From: an uncultured virus (IMG/VR IMGVR_UViG_3300038428_000489)
Taxonomy: Duplodnaviria > Heunggongvirae > Uroviricota > Caudoviricetes
IMG/VR virus record: IMGVR_UViG_3300038428_000489
Reading direction: 5' to 3' (one strand)
DNA: 64,000 nucleotides
In this document: positions 1 to 9,155 of the stretch, in pieces
Layout of the letters: the number at the start of each line of letters is the position of its first letter
Position numbering within the stretch: position 1 is the stretch's first letter
Program-made: the position numbers and the translations under genes
Notes under the pieces: generated by a model
What the model was told of the DNA's origin: nothing
What the model saw: the letters and a program-made list of their open reading frames with translations, nothing else
The model's database searches: none

Positions 1-462
1 AATGGTAAGATGATACCAGACCCCAGTTGATATTGTGAGGAGGGGGTTTATTGTTGTAGCAGTACTGCCACCATTTCCCCAGGTTATTAGCAATGCTCCC
101 GAATTAATCTCGACATCAAGGCATTTTTTATTACCCACATAATCGTTTTTGGCCCAAACCCTGCGGTAGGACCCATTGCTGGCAGCATATAACCAGCAGC
201 AGACGGTTATTTTCTTAACGGAATCGGTGCTATTTAATGGGAAACCGGAGGTTACAAGCGCGGCATCGTGGATATAGCCATATTGATCGCTGGCGGCCAC
301 CAGAGCAAGCGAAGCCGCACCTTCTTTATACTTTGAAGTATCGGCAGCCGGGCTATTGATAAGATTGAGAGTGTTAACCCCAATCGTATCCGTAGCCAAG
401 GCCCCTGACTCAAACCGCCAGAGGGCCTTGCAGGAGGCATCGCCTGAGAAGTTGTTGGCCAT
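1..462 (-). CDS. LamG/concanavalin-like domain tail protein (runs off window start)
   Basis: Manual translation from ATG 462: MANNFSGDASCKALWRFESG...ITVCCWLY...STGVWYHLTI; open to position 1; absent from the ORF track. Confidence 0.75.
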   Translation of the reverse strand, partial: MANNFSGDASCKALWRFESGALATDTIGVNTLNLINSPAADTSKYKEGAASLALVAASDQYGYIHDAALVTSGFPLNSTDSVKKITVCCWLYAASNGSYRRVWAKNDYVGNKKCLDVEINSGALLITWGNGGSTATTINPLLTISTGVWYHLTI

Positions 463-470
463 TTAATCCC

Positions 471-1262
471 TTACTGCACGCTGACGCTAAACTGGCTGTC
501 CAGGTATTCCACCGTGTCGCCGTTATTAGGAGTCTGACTGATTATCGTCCCGTAGAAAGCCGGGAGGGTATCCAGATAGGCAATCCCGTAAGTACAAGCC
601 CCCCAGGACCCCGTGGGCGGCCCCAGGGTAATGGTGCCATTATTGGCTGCCGCCTCGGGGCTGCCGGAAGCCGCGTGCCAGGAATCTTGAGCCACCTGAG
701 CGTAGCCGTTGCCGGAAGGCTCAGTGATGTTGGTGCCGCTGCCATTGTCCGCCCCATCAACCGGCGTAGTGGTGGACAGGCCGATCTTCACATCGGTCGG
801 CACGGATAAGCTGCCCGCTGCGAACAGCCAGGCCAGGACCGAGTTGGCAAATTTTTGGAACATTCCCCCGGCGTTGATGGTCACTGTGACTTGGCCGCTC
901 GCCACCGAGGGCGTGTTCCCGGAGGCGATGACTTTAGAAGGCGACAGGGCGCCGTAGGCCAGCAGGTTCCCTCCGGTGATCGCATCAAAAATCCCCCAAT
1001 AAGTCACCGTGGAAGACCCGCCAGTGCAGGCAGGGAAGTTGGCTACGGCGTTCTGAGCGATGGCTTTGGCCGCAGCCGCTCCAAAGGCAATGGCTGGCCT
1101 GTTGCCATACCCCGTGTAAGCAGCTTCGGTCCAGCCGGTTCCGTCCGGGCTCGGAGTCGTAGTGCTCAGACCCAGGTAAACGGTGGCGGGCGGCGAGTAG
1201 GATGCCGTTTTGAGCACATGATCCAGGATTTTCTTTTCGGTGTAGTTGGTTAGCTGACCCAT
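471..1262 (-). CDS. Minor tail/fibre protein with two tandem copies of one domain
   Basis: ILDHVL..YSPPATVYLGLSTTTP..EAAYTGY is repeated as VLAWLF..VPTDVKIGLSTTTP..EPSGNGY. Confidence 0.7.
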   Translation of the reverse strand: MGQLTNYTEKKILDHVLKTASYSPPATVYLGLSTTTPSPDGTGWTEAAYTGYGNRPAIAFGAAAAKAIAQNAVANFPACTGGSSTVTYWGIFDAITGGNLLAYGALSPSKVIASGNTPSVASGQVTVTINAGGMFQKFANSVLAWLFAAGSLSVPTDVKIGLSTTTPVDGADNGSGTNITEPSGNGYAQVAQDSWHAASGSPEAAANNGTITLGPPTGSWGACTYGIAYLDTLPAFYGTIISQTPNNGDTVEYLDSQFSVSVQ

Positions 1263-1315
1263 GATGGTCTCCTTATTATCGTTTTGCCCTTATTTCGATA
1301 ATAAGAAATTTCTTA

Positions 1316-2653
1316 TTATCGTTTCGCCAGCACCACCGGCACAATCTCTAAATGGTCGAGTGTTTTGAATCCTGTAATTTCCAAGACCAGTTCCCGCCCC
1401 TGAACACTCCGGTCCACCTGTGCCACGCTGTCATGCACATCGGCATAATTGGCGCAGCCGTTTGAGGAGACCTTTACCTGGGCGCCCCTGGTCTCGCCGC
1501 CGCACCGCACGATCCTTAACCGCTTTTCCCTCTCGCTGCCCATGTTAAAAGGATTCAACCGCACCCCGGCATGAATCTTGGCCCCTGCGTCATCATCCCC
1601 TTCCAGCAGCGAGATTCCCGCCGGGCCAGCGCCGTAGTAACGGCCATGCAGTCGGGCGTAGCTATTGAAGTTGAAACCGCTGTAAATCGAAGGTTCATCG
1701 CGGCCCCCTGTGAGGGCGTAAGTGTCATAGACCCCAACCTCCGGAGGGCCGGCCCCGCCGCCCAGGGCGCCACCCTCTCCGATGATCTCCAAAATCTGCG
1801 GGTCGATGAAAACCCAAGCCCCCCGGCCCCCTGCTTTGGCTGTCGCTTCTTCGCCCGCTCCGGGACGGATAAAGGCAGAAGCTGGCGGTGTAGTGCTGCT
1901 CCAAACCCCTGCTCCACCGCCTTGGCCCCCGCCTGTACCGACAATGGGTCCAACCTGCGCTTGAGCGGGAATCACGGATTTCAAGGCAGGGAGAGAAATC
2001 AAGACACCGGCCTTGGCTCCCCCCACCCCGATAAGATTCAGAGTTGAGGGAATAATACCGCTAAAAACTCCGGTCCCGCCTCCTTTGGCGCCGCCTCCGC
2101 CAACAATAAGGGTGGGTCCAGGCGCAGCTAGCTGGGATGGGAGCACCGACTTCAGCGTGGGAAGTGCGGTTTGCAGTCCGACTTTTGCCCCGCCCAAGCC
2201 TATAATTCTTAGGATTGTTGGAATGACGCTGATGAAGATGCTGGCGCCGCCGGCCTTGGCCCCGCCCGTACCGATTCTCTGGGCCGCGGACGGTTTTGCC
2301 GGCAGAGTGGAAACGAAGACTCCGACGCCCCCGGCCTTGGCCCCGCCAGCGCCTACCAGAACACCCGGGCGTTTACTGACAAAAATTCCCTGTCCATCAG
2401 CCGTGGCCCCGCCGGCGCCGATAATATGAAGCACTGACGGCAAGGTGGAGATAAAAACGCTGCTTCCGCCAGCCTTGGCGCCGCCGGCACCTATAACCAC
2501 CGCTGGCATTTTGGTGGAGAAGATGCTTTTAGGCCCGCCTCCCTTACCACCACCCTTGCCGATAAGGGCGACACTCAGCCCCCAGCGGGCCCAAATACTG
2601 AACCCGTCCGCTACTGCTCCGCCGGTGCCGATGATGTTTAGAATTGGAGGCAT
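1316..2653 (-). CDS. Virion structural protein with Gly-rich repeats
   Basis: About 11-12 hhGxGGAKAGG repeats, then a globular C-terminal domain (FNFNSY..GRYYGAG..LLEGDDDAG). Confidence 0.7.
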   Translation of the reverse strand: MPPILNIIGTGGAVADGFSIWARWGLSVALIGKGGGKGGGPKSIFSTKMPAVVIGAGGAKAGGSSVFISTLPSVLHIIGAGGATADGQGIFVSKRPGVLVGAGGAKAGGVGVFVSTLPAKPSAAQRIGTGGAKAGGASIFISVIPTILRIIGLGGAKVGLQTALPTLKSVLPSQLAAPGPTLIVGGGGAKGGGTGVFSGIIPSTLNLIGVGGAKAGVLISLPALKSVIPAQAQVGPIVGTGGGQGGGAGVWSSTTPPASAFIRPGAGEEATAKAGGRGAWVFIDPQILEIIGEGGALGGGAGPPEVGVYDTYALTGGRDEPSIYSGFNFNSYARLHGRYYGAGPAGISLLEGDDDAGAKIHAGVRLNPFNMGSEREKRLRIVRCGGETRGAQVKVSSNGCANYADVHDSVAQVDRSVQGRELVLEITGFKTLDHLEIVPVVLAKR

Positions 2654-3829
2654 TTAAGCTGCCTTGGGCCACATACCTGCGGCTTGGAGTTCGACCTTGG
2701 TGTGGGGACGAACAAAAATCTTAAAACCCGGGTTAAATCCCCAGGAATTATCATAAGTTTGAGCAAACAATAGACTTAATATCTTTGATCTTAGAGCGTT
2801 TGCCCCCCAGGATTGAGGAGTAAATGAAGATAGAGAAGGGCTATTCTCTAATTCCGGCTGATAAACTGCGGCCTGCACGATGAGATTATCCTGATAGTAT
2901 TCTGTAACGGTATAATAATCGTCTGTTACGGTTGAAGAATAGAGAGACCATGATCCATACGGATAGGGAAATGGGTAATCCTGATCCCAGCCTGATGGTG
3001 GATACTTGGGGGGAGGGTCAGGAGCTGGTCCCCCAATCCGCCATTCTTTAAGTGTACTAACACCATGAACTACGATAAATGGGATCAAATATAAGATGGC
3101 CCCGATTGGTACTGTTATACCAAAAAGTTTATAATTTCCTATCCCTTTGGTTTCTTTATAAAATACTGCCCACGCATCAGGCGCTGGATCTTGGGTCGGC
3201 GGATTGTTGTCGATAATCCAGCCTATATTAAGCACGGAAGGTAAATCTTGAAGTTTATGGATAATACAGGGCCGCAGTAACTTCAAGTCAGCCCCGTCTG
3301 GACCTTTCATATTAAGGTTCCAGTTATTCAAATCGCCGTTATCAATATAATCTCCACCATAAATATCCCCAACCTGACCGCCATTAACGAGGGAGGCCAT
3401 TTGCACCTCACAAGTTTGGCCTTCCCAATCTACATGAAAAAGGGCCTCTCCCAGACGCGGCACCCCGTCGGCAAAGGCGATGACTCTGGCGGGGGTGCCT
3501 TCCTGGACCATGACTGCCACTTCATCGCCGCCGCGAAAACTCTGCCAAGCGTTTTCAAAGTACCCCCCATCTTGATTAAAGTCCTGGGCTTTGTGGGCAG
3601 GGGTGTCCCAATACTGCGCCTTGGGATGGTAAGAAAGAGGCAGGTAGTCCCCGCCGATGTCCACCTTCACCAGCGGGGCTACCTGGATTGGATCATCTTG
3701 AATCTTCTGAAAATCGGTTATGACTCCCTTAACGACCGTCCCCTTTTGGACAAAGGGGAAGTCCGGGAGGTCAAACCTCCAGCTATTCGGATATTTCTCG
3801 AAGGTGGTCAGGCCGATGGCCATGGTCAC
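2654..3829 (-). CDS. Putative tail/receptor-binding protein
   Basis: 391-aa ORF in the tail operon; C-terminal half is AT-rich and aromatic-rich. Confidence 0.5.
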   Translation of the reverse strand: MTMAIGLTTFEKYPNSWRFDLPDFPFVQKGTVVKGVITDFQKIQDDPIQVAPLVKVDIGGDYLPLSYHPKAQYWDTPAHKAQDFNQDGGYFENAWQSFRGGDEVAVMVQEGTPARVIAFADGVPRLGEALFHVDWEGQTCEVQMASLVNGGQVGDIYGGDYIDNGDLNNWNLNMKGPDGADLKLLRPCIIHKLQDLPSVLNIGWIIDNNPPTQDPAPDAWAVFYKETKGIGNYKLFGITVPIGAILYLIPFIVVHGVSTLKEWRIGGPAPDPPPKYPPSGWDQDYPFPYPYGSWSLYSSTVTDDYYTVTEYYQDNLIVQAAVYQPELENSPSLSSFTPQSWGANALRSKILSLLFAQTYDNSWGFNPGFKIFVRPHTKVELQAAGMWPKAA

Positions 3830-3834
3830 CTCGA

Positions 3835-4803
3835 TTACTGCGTCGCCAGCGAGGGTTCCGGCAAGTAGCTAATAATTTGCCCGGTGGCCGAGATCAGTGT
3901 TCCGGTGGCTTGGTTGTCGATACCGAACAGCTTGACCAAGGCGTCGCCGCCATAACTGGTCCCGGTGTTGGTCACCGCGTAGACCGGGTTGCTTGCCGGG
4001 GTGACTGTGATGGTGATGGTTAAGGTGTCATCCCCGGAGCCGGAGAGATGAGTCGTGGTCAAACCCGCGGCCGCGGCATACAAAAAGCCGCTATCTCCCG
4101 GCACTAGCGCGATGCTGGTAGGATAACCTCCGGGAGCGCTAACACCCAGGACCACAATCTTGGCCCCGAAGGCGCCGGTCTGATTGATGCCCACAATATC
4201 GCCCACATTGTAGCCGCTGGTGCCATGGGCATCTATGGCTACCGTGGTGATGATCCCCTTGAGGGTGATGTTCTCTCCGGTCTGAAAGGCGGTGGCCGAT
4301 TTAGACATGATCTTGATCTTGCCGGCTGCCGCAGCCCCCCAGCTTCCCGACTCGACATCCACCGCGGTCACGATGCCGGTGGCCCCGGAGGTGACGCCCT
4401 GAATGGTATCCCCCACCCTGATCTGCTTGGCGCCGCCGGTGAAAGGTATCTGATAGGAAATCAAGGCGCAGCCATAGACCGTCTCGACATCAGCGACATC
4501 CGTGGCATTGAAGGTCCAGCCCGGCGGCGCTGCGGCCAAACCATACTGCGCCACCGCCTGGCCCTGGGCGTTCAGGCTGACAAACCATTGGCCCGCGGTC
4601 GGGGCAGTTTCGTTGATGATGTTGGAAAGCGGAATCTCCGCATATGCCTCACCCCCGCCTTTGCTGAGTTCCGTTAGAGCAGCAAAAGAGGTGCTGCTGC
4701 CAGGAACCACGATGTTTTTGTAAAGTCTCAAAACGGGGGCCTCGCACCGGATGACATCCTTCATCCATTCAATCAGGGCTTCACCAGGTAGCATGATACT
4801 CAT
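3835..4803 (-). CDS. Tail structural protein
   Basis: Thr/Gly/Ala-rich, beta-type sequence (VGDTIQGVTSGATG); AGGAG RBS; tail operon. Confidence 0.6.
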   Translation of the reverse strand: MSIMLPGEALIEWMKDVIRCEAPVLRLYKNIVVPGSSTSFAALTELSKGGGEAYAEIPLSNIINETAPTAGQWFVSLNAQGQAVAQYGLAAAPPGWTFNATDVADVETVYGCALISYQIPFTGGAKQIRVGDTIQGVTSGATGIVTAVDVESGSWGAAAAGKIKIMSKSATAFQTGENITLKGIITTVAIDAHGTSGYNVGDIVGINQTGAFGAKIVVLGVSAPGGYPTSIALVPGDSGFLYAAAAGLTTTHLSGSGDDTLTITITVTPASNPVYAVTNTGTSYGGDALVKLFGIDNQATGTLISATGQIISYLPEPSLATQ

Positions 4804-4827
4804 GGTCGTTCTCCTTAAATTTTGATG

Positions 4828-6159
4828 TTAAAGGCCACCAGCGATGGCCCCACCACAGCCAATAATGTCTAGTGGAGCTGGAATATAAATCCGACCTCTG
4901 GCGAATATGGCGTCGAGGTCCGCCGATCCTTCTCCCTCTGGCGGGCCAAAAAGCGTGGTTAAAATCTGCGGAATGCCTTTGCGCATCCGATAAAGGCTGG
5001 CGCCCTGACCCCGGGTGTTAATCCTCAGGCGATGCTCCGTCTTGGTCACACAATGCCCGCTGTGGCTCCCCACCACGAAACCCGTGGGAGACATCCAGGT
5101 GGGGGTGGGAGGAAAGCTGTCGGGCCGAGAGATGGTGTAGTGGCCGGAATCCTGTTCTGTCATGGCCAGGGTTCCCGGGATTGCGCCCTGGCCCACCAGG
5201 TTCGCTTTCATGGTCTTGGGGTCCCGTCCTTCTAAGTACCAAGTGGAGAACCAAGAGTTCACGAAAAGCCCATCCATTCCCGGCCCGATGAGAGTGAGGT
5301 CTTCCAGGAAAGGAAGATAGTTTTTAGGCCGGAACCACTCGAAGAGTCCCGGGTCTGAGTAATACATTCTCTTCCCGCGCAGTCCCCAAATTCGGCCCAG
5401 GGCATATACTAGGTGGCTGAACCCCGGGGGCGGCTGTACCATGAAGGATGGGAACGGGTGGAAATCCGGTGCTATTGAGGAAATCAATCCACTCGTAACC
5501 CGTGCCCGGAATAGGTCTTTTCCATTCGCCTGTGTCATCCATGCCAATGCTCCTGCCGGCAGGTTGTTAAGCTGAATCCCGTAAGTCCCACCTTCCCAGC
5601 GGATTGCCGTCAAGGGACCGTTGCCCCCCAAGCGGTCACCGATCCGGTTTGTGTAACAGAGCTTGTATTCCCCTGGCGGCAGGTCGCCATCCACCAGGCT
5701 GATCCGCGGCACCGGCGGCAGCGGCACCCCCCAGGACTCCAATTCCCCGGTTATCAAATTGAGAACTCCGGTCCAGTAGGTATTTGCCATGTAAATCCGG
5801 TTGTTGATCTCCGCATAGGAAACTTGGGCCGGCGGGCCAGAAACAGGGCCCAGCTCCTGTGCACCATCTTCTTCAATTTGAAAAAGCGATTGAGGGAAAG
5901 CTACCCCTTGGGCCACACAGAGCATGACGCTCAGGCCTGATTCCTGCCCCGCCAGAGAATGGCAGCCAGTCAGAGATTTGGGAGTCCTAAAACCACCACG
6001 GCGCACCAGCACCCCGCCGTCGGTCACATCGGCGTTGAGCAGGATGTGGGGAGTCATCTGCCGGTTCTGGTCCAGTAAATTAGCCGGGGACCGGGGTAGG
6101 TTATCCATCCCTTTGGAACCCCATATCTCGATAGGTTTTCCTGGTCTAGAAGTAGCCAC
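4828..6159 (-). CDS. Putative tail nozzle/stabilisation protein
   Basis: GMDNL..LNADV..GVLVRRGG N-terminus and beta-propeller-like segments (GRIWG..MYYSDP); follows the adaptor gene. Confidence 0.6.
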   Translation of the reverse strand: MATSRPGKPIEIWGSKGMDNLPRSPANLLDQNRQMTPHILLNADVTDGGVLVRRGGFRTPKSLTGCHSLAGQESGLSVMLCVAQGVAFPQSLFQIEEDGAQELGPVSGPPAQVSYAEINNRIYMANTYWTGVLNLITGELESWGVPLPPVPRISLVDGDLPPGEYKLCYTNRIGDRLGGNGPLTAIRWEGGTYGIQLNNLPAGALAWMTQANGKDLFRARVTSGLISSIAPDFHPFPSFMVQPPPGFSHLVYALGRIWGLRGKRMYYSDPGLFEWFRPKNYLPFLEDLTLIGPGMDGLFVNSWFSTWYLEGRDPKTMKANLVGQGAIPGTLAMTEQDSGHYTISRPDSFPPTPTWMSPTGFVVGSHSGHCVTKTEHRLRINTRGQGASLYRMRKGIPQILTTLFGPPEGEGSADLDAIFARGRIYIPAPLDIIGCGGAIAGGL

Positions 6160-6874
6160 GGAAGTACCTTCTGCTCGGGCCTATAGGGTCCCGGCCACCA
6201 TGGCGCCGGGGCTTGTTGTAATTTAGCGCATAGAAATTCAACAGCCCGATTCCTTCGCCGGGAGCACCATTGAGTCCCTTTTTTAATTCGTTTACCCAAT
6301 ATTGCATAGGTTTAAAGTCAAAATCGGTGATCTGATCTACGATGAAGTTGTAATTTAGAATAATGACTTTAGGGTAAATCACCCGCCGCTCATAGCCCGG
6401 AGGGATGCAGTCGGACACATCGGCTGGTTTTATCAGGACAGCGGGCTTCTGGTAGTACCAGAGACTCAAGGTTTCAGTCGCCAGAGGATGAATCCCCAAG
6501 TAATAATTATCCCCTTGAGCACTCCCTCCCTGCATCGCCACTGCCACTTCCCGAACATGCTCACCAATCGTGGCATGATTCTTGCTATTTAATTCATTAA
6601 TATGGTTACAAACATGAACATGGTGCGATTCACCACTAGTTGGATTAATGTGCCTGCACTTAAACAGTCTCTTATGAAAACTATCCGGTAGTCCCCAGAG
6701 CCATTTAGAAGTATCTACGCCAAGGGAGACAGGATCAACCAAAGCCAGAGGAGGCAAATTGTAATCGGTCGCCACCTCCAGGATGGCGTTGTTGATCCAT
6801 CGGTTCATAAACTTTCGGTCGCTTCTACTCCTGATGATGGTAGCAAGCTCTTCTTCCATCTCTCCAAGGTTCAT
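6146..6874 (-). CDS. Putative head-tail adaptor
   Basis: MNLGEM..NRWINNAILEV..LSLWYYQKPAVL..SDCIP pattern typical of podovirus adaptors. Confidence 0.65.
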   Translation of the reverse strand: MNLGEMEEELATIIRSRSDRKFMNRWINNAILEVATDYNLPPLALVDPVSLGVDTSKWLWGLPDSFHKRLFKCRHINPTSGESHHVHVCNHINELNSKNHATIGEHVREVAVAMQGGSAQGDNYYLGIHPLATETLSLWYYQKPAVLIKPADVSDCIPPGYERRVIYPKVIILNYNFIVDQITDFDFKPMQYWVNELKKGLNGAPGEGIGLLNFYALNYNKPRRHGGRDPIGPSRRYFRGYF

Positions 6875-7050
6875 AGCTGCTCTCTTTGAGATAAGCGTGC
6901 ATCAAGGGAAACATCAAGACTCGGATTCCCTGATTGCGCTACATTATCTTCTGTTGGTATTGGGCACCCGCAGTCAGAAAAACGCCATAATCCAGGTCTT
7001 ACCCGAAAGTAGCCCGTGTTCTCTTTCCCGCATTTAGGACACTTGACCAT
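6871..7050 (-). CDS. Small Cys-rich protein (59 aa)
   Basis: Manual: MVKCPKCGKEN..FSDCGCP..; ATGA overlap with the next gene. Confidence 0.55.
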   Translation of the reverse strand: MVKCPKCGKENTGYFRVRPGLWRFSDCGCPIPTEDNVAQSGNPSLDVSLDARLSQREQL

Positions 7051-7064
7051 CAGGCTAGGCTTCC

Positions 7065-7244
7065 CTATTCTTCGCCATAATCTCCCAGCCTCATTACCGA
7101 GGGCGGGATTTGCGTATTGAAGTTAGCCCCGCATTTAGGGCAACGAGTGTCGCCCTCTATGTAAACCTCGGGATCAGGCCGGAATATGATCCCGCACCTC
7201 GGGTTGGGGCAATGAACAACCGTCTCATCGCAATCATCCGGCAT
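7065..7244 (-). CDS. Small zinc-ribbon protein (59 aa)
   Basis: Manual: MPDDCDETVVHCPNPRCG..TRCPKCGANF.. Confidence 0.6.
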   Translation of the reverse strand: MPDDCDETVVHCPNPRCGIIFRPDPEVYIEGDTRCPKCGANFNTQIPPSVMRLGDYGEE

Positions 7245-7247
7245 TGA

Positions 7248-7931
7248 TTACCCCGTAGTGGCCGGTGTCGGGTTCGGAGTTGCCATGGCTTTAGCTGCCT
7301 TATTGGCAGCCCTCGTGGCTCGCGCTTTTATCAGTGATTCCGTAGTAAAACCTTTCCCTCTCTTAGGAGAAACCTTTGGGGGAGTAGCCACCAAATCACC
7401 CGCTACCCTCGGTTTTCCCGGTGGCGGTGTGGGTCCTTGCCGGTAGATTTCCGGTTTAGCAGCCTTAGCCTCTGCTGCCTCAACTTCGCGCCGCTTATAC
7501 AAACCGACGATGGCTGCCGATAGAGCCGGACCCGGTTCAAAATAGGCGTAGATGTCCGACTCTTCCGCCGGGCTTCCATCTTCCAATTCCGGGTATCCCT
7601 TCCGGTTGAGAACGACCTTTTGAATAACCAGACCCTCGAAGTCAGCACGGTGGGCGAACCACTCCAACATGGCGTCCAGGAGCCACTGCATCTCCGGGAT
7701 AACCATGGAGCCGCCATCGTGAGCCCGGGTATTGAAAATTTCCCTGATTTCTTCCTCAGATTCAAAGGGAAGAAGATTGCCGTCGCCGTGGCAGTAGGCC
7801 CCATTGGGCATGAGAGCGACCTTGCCGCCCATTTGAATCCACTGGCCCTCGGCATCCTGCTTTGCTGAGACCACCCAGACGTTCTCCACTTCGACGCTGC
7901 TGCCATCTTGCGTGTACAGCATTTGACCCAT
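7248..7931 (-). CDS. Hypothetical protein
   Basis: 227-aa ORF with RBS in the morphogenesis operon. Confidence 0.7.
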   Translation of the reverse strand: MGQMLYTQDGSSVEVENVWVVSAKQDAEGQWIQMGGKVALMPNGAYCHGDGNLLPFESEEEIREIFNTRAHDGGSMVIPEMQWLLDAMLEWFAHRADFEGLVIQKVVLNRKGYPELEDGSPAEESDIYAYFEPGPALSAAIVGLYKRREVEAAEAKAAKPEIYRQGPTPPPGKPRVAGDLVATPPKVSPKRGKGFTTESLIKARATRAANKAAKAMATPNPTPATTG

Positions 7932-7961
7932 AAAATCCCCTTCCTTTTTAGTTGGAATATC

Positions 7962-8336
7962 CTACTGGCCGATAATCATGGCCAGCAAGGTTGTGGCTGA
8001 AACCGCTCCGCTAAATTCTGTCAGAGCACCGGCAGACCCAACTTTAAATATCCGGATCGTGCCATTTGGAGCTACCGGGGTTGCCGTCCGCGGTGTCGGG
8101 TCATAGACATACTTGTAGCCGTCCGGCGGGTCCTGGAAAAAAACTCGGATGATCGCATTAAGCATCCCGAAGTCACCAGGAGGCGGCATCGGGATACCAT
8201 AGGTGTCATACGTCAATGTCGCGTCGCCAAAAACAATGCTTGGGTAAGACTCGTTGAGCATCGACGATGGATTAAAGACCAGTTGCGGGATCAGGATGAC
8301 ACTCACATCCGCAAGAGCAATGGCAGCAGCAGGCAT
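7962..8336 (-). CDS. Putative capsid decoration protein, paralogue of 10462..11166
   Basis: Shares DV.V..IPQL.FNP, I.FGD, G.P.P, DGY.Y.YD, GTIRI and GAL.EF..IG motifs with 10462..11166. Confidence 0.6.
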   Translation of the reverse strand: MPAAAIALADVSVILIPQLVFNPSSMLNESYPSIVFGDATLTYDTYGIPMPPPGDFGMLNAIIRVFFQDPPDGYKYVYDPTPRTATPVAPNGTIRIFKVGSAGALTEFSGAVSATTLLAMIIGQ

Positions 8337-8351
8337 AATAGTTAATCTCCT

Positions 8352-9152
8352 TTATTGATAAATCTCCATAAATGGATAATAGTTTTCCCAGAAGTGTTCA
8401 GACAGGAACATTCTTTTATTATTCCAGGGTTTCTCTGGCCCACAGTAATGAATAATCGCTTTTCCATCTATTTCAGATCGCCTTGCGTTAGTGTTATAAA
8501 ACCATAGTTGAATATTATATTTGTCCGGTAATTCCTTAATAAGCCCATTCATAACAACATTGATGGTATCCTGGTCTGCCCAAGTTAGTTTTTCTTTATT
8601 ATGCTTGGCCCACTTAATAATTTTGTCTCCAATACTATGTTCCCGGCATTTTTTAAGATTTACAAGTATTAGACCTGCGTTAAAATATTTACTATCCGAG
8701 GGTAATTGTAGTTTTTTAATCAATTCATCAACACGCATTCCGTCTTTTCGTACAATATCTAAAACCATTCCAGCGTAATAGTTATCTATATCTATATCAA
8801 ACAGTTCCTTAATATTTTCAAGAACTACCGAATCGCTATCCAAATAAATTAATTTATCATAATTAGGAAACATAGAAAACAATTTAAGCCTATAATATGA
8901 ACTTAATGGAATATGGTAATAAACTGGTAAATCACTAAATTCCTCTTTATTAATAATATTATAATTAATATCGCAATCCTTTATGTATTTCAATCCACTA
9001 AACTTATCCTTAACTATTTGCGATAATCCTTCTGTTAGAATATGGAAACTGATCTCCGTATCATCCCCGGCGTTTCTCAAGACCGATGCCATAGCTGTTG
9101 CACAATACGGAGCAAAGACTTCATCGGTTATCAAAACTACGGGGATTTCCAT
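8352..9152 (-). CDS. Glycosyltransferase family 8
   Basis: YYRL, IYLDSD (DxD), YFNAG, DQD.IN and IIHYCGPEKPW motifs; strongly AT-rich. Confidence 0.92.
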   Translation of the reverse strand: MEIPVVLITDEVFAPYCATAMASVLRNAGDDTEISFHILTEGLSQIVKDKFSGLKYIKDCDINYNIINKEEFSDLPVYYHIPLSSYYRLKLFSMFPNYDKLIYLDSDSVVLENIKELFDIDIDNYYAGMVLDIVRKDGMRVDELIKKLQLPSDSKYFNAGLILVNLKKCREHSIGDKIIKWAKHNKEKLTWADQDTINVVMNGLIKELPDKYNIQLWFYNTNARRSEIDGKAIIHYCGPEKPWNNKRMFLSEHFWENYYPFMEIYQ

Positions 9153-9155
9153 TCC

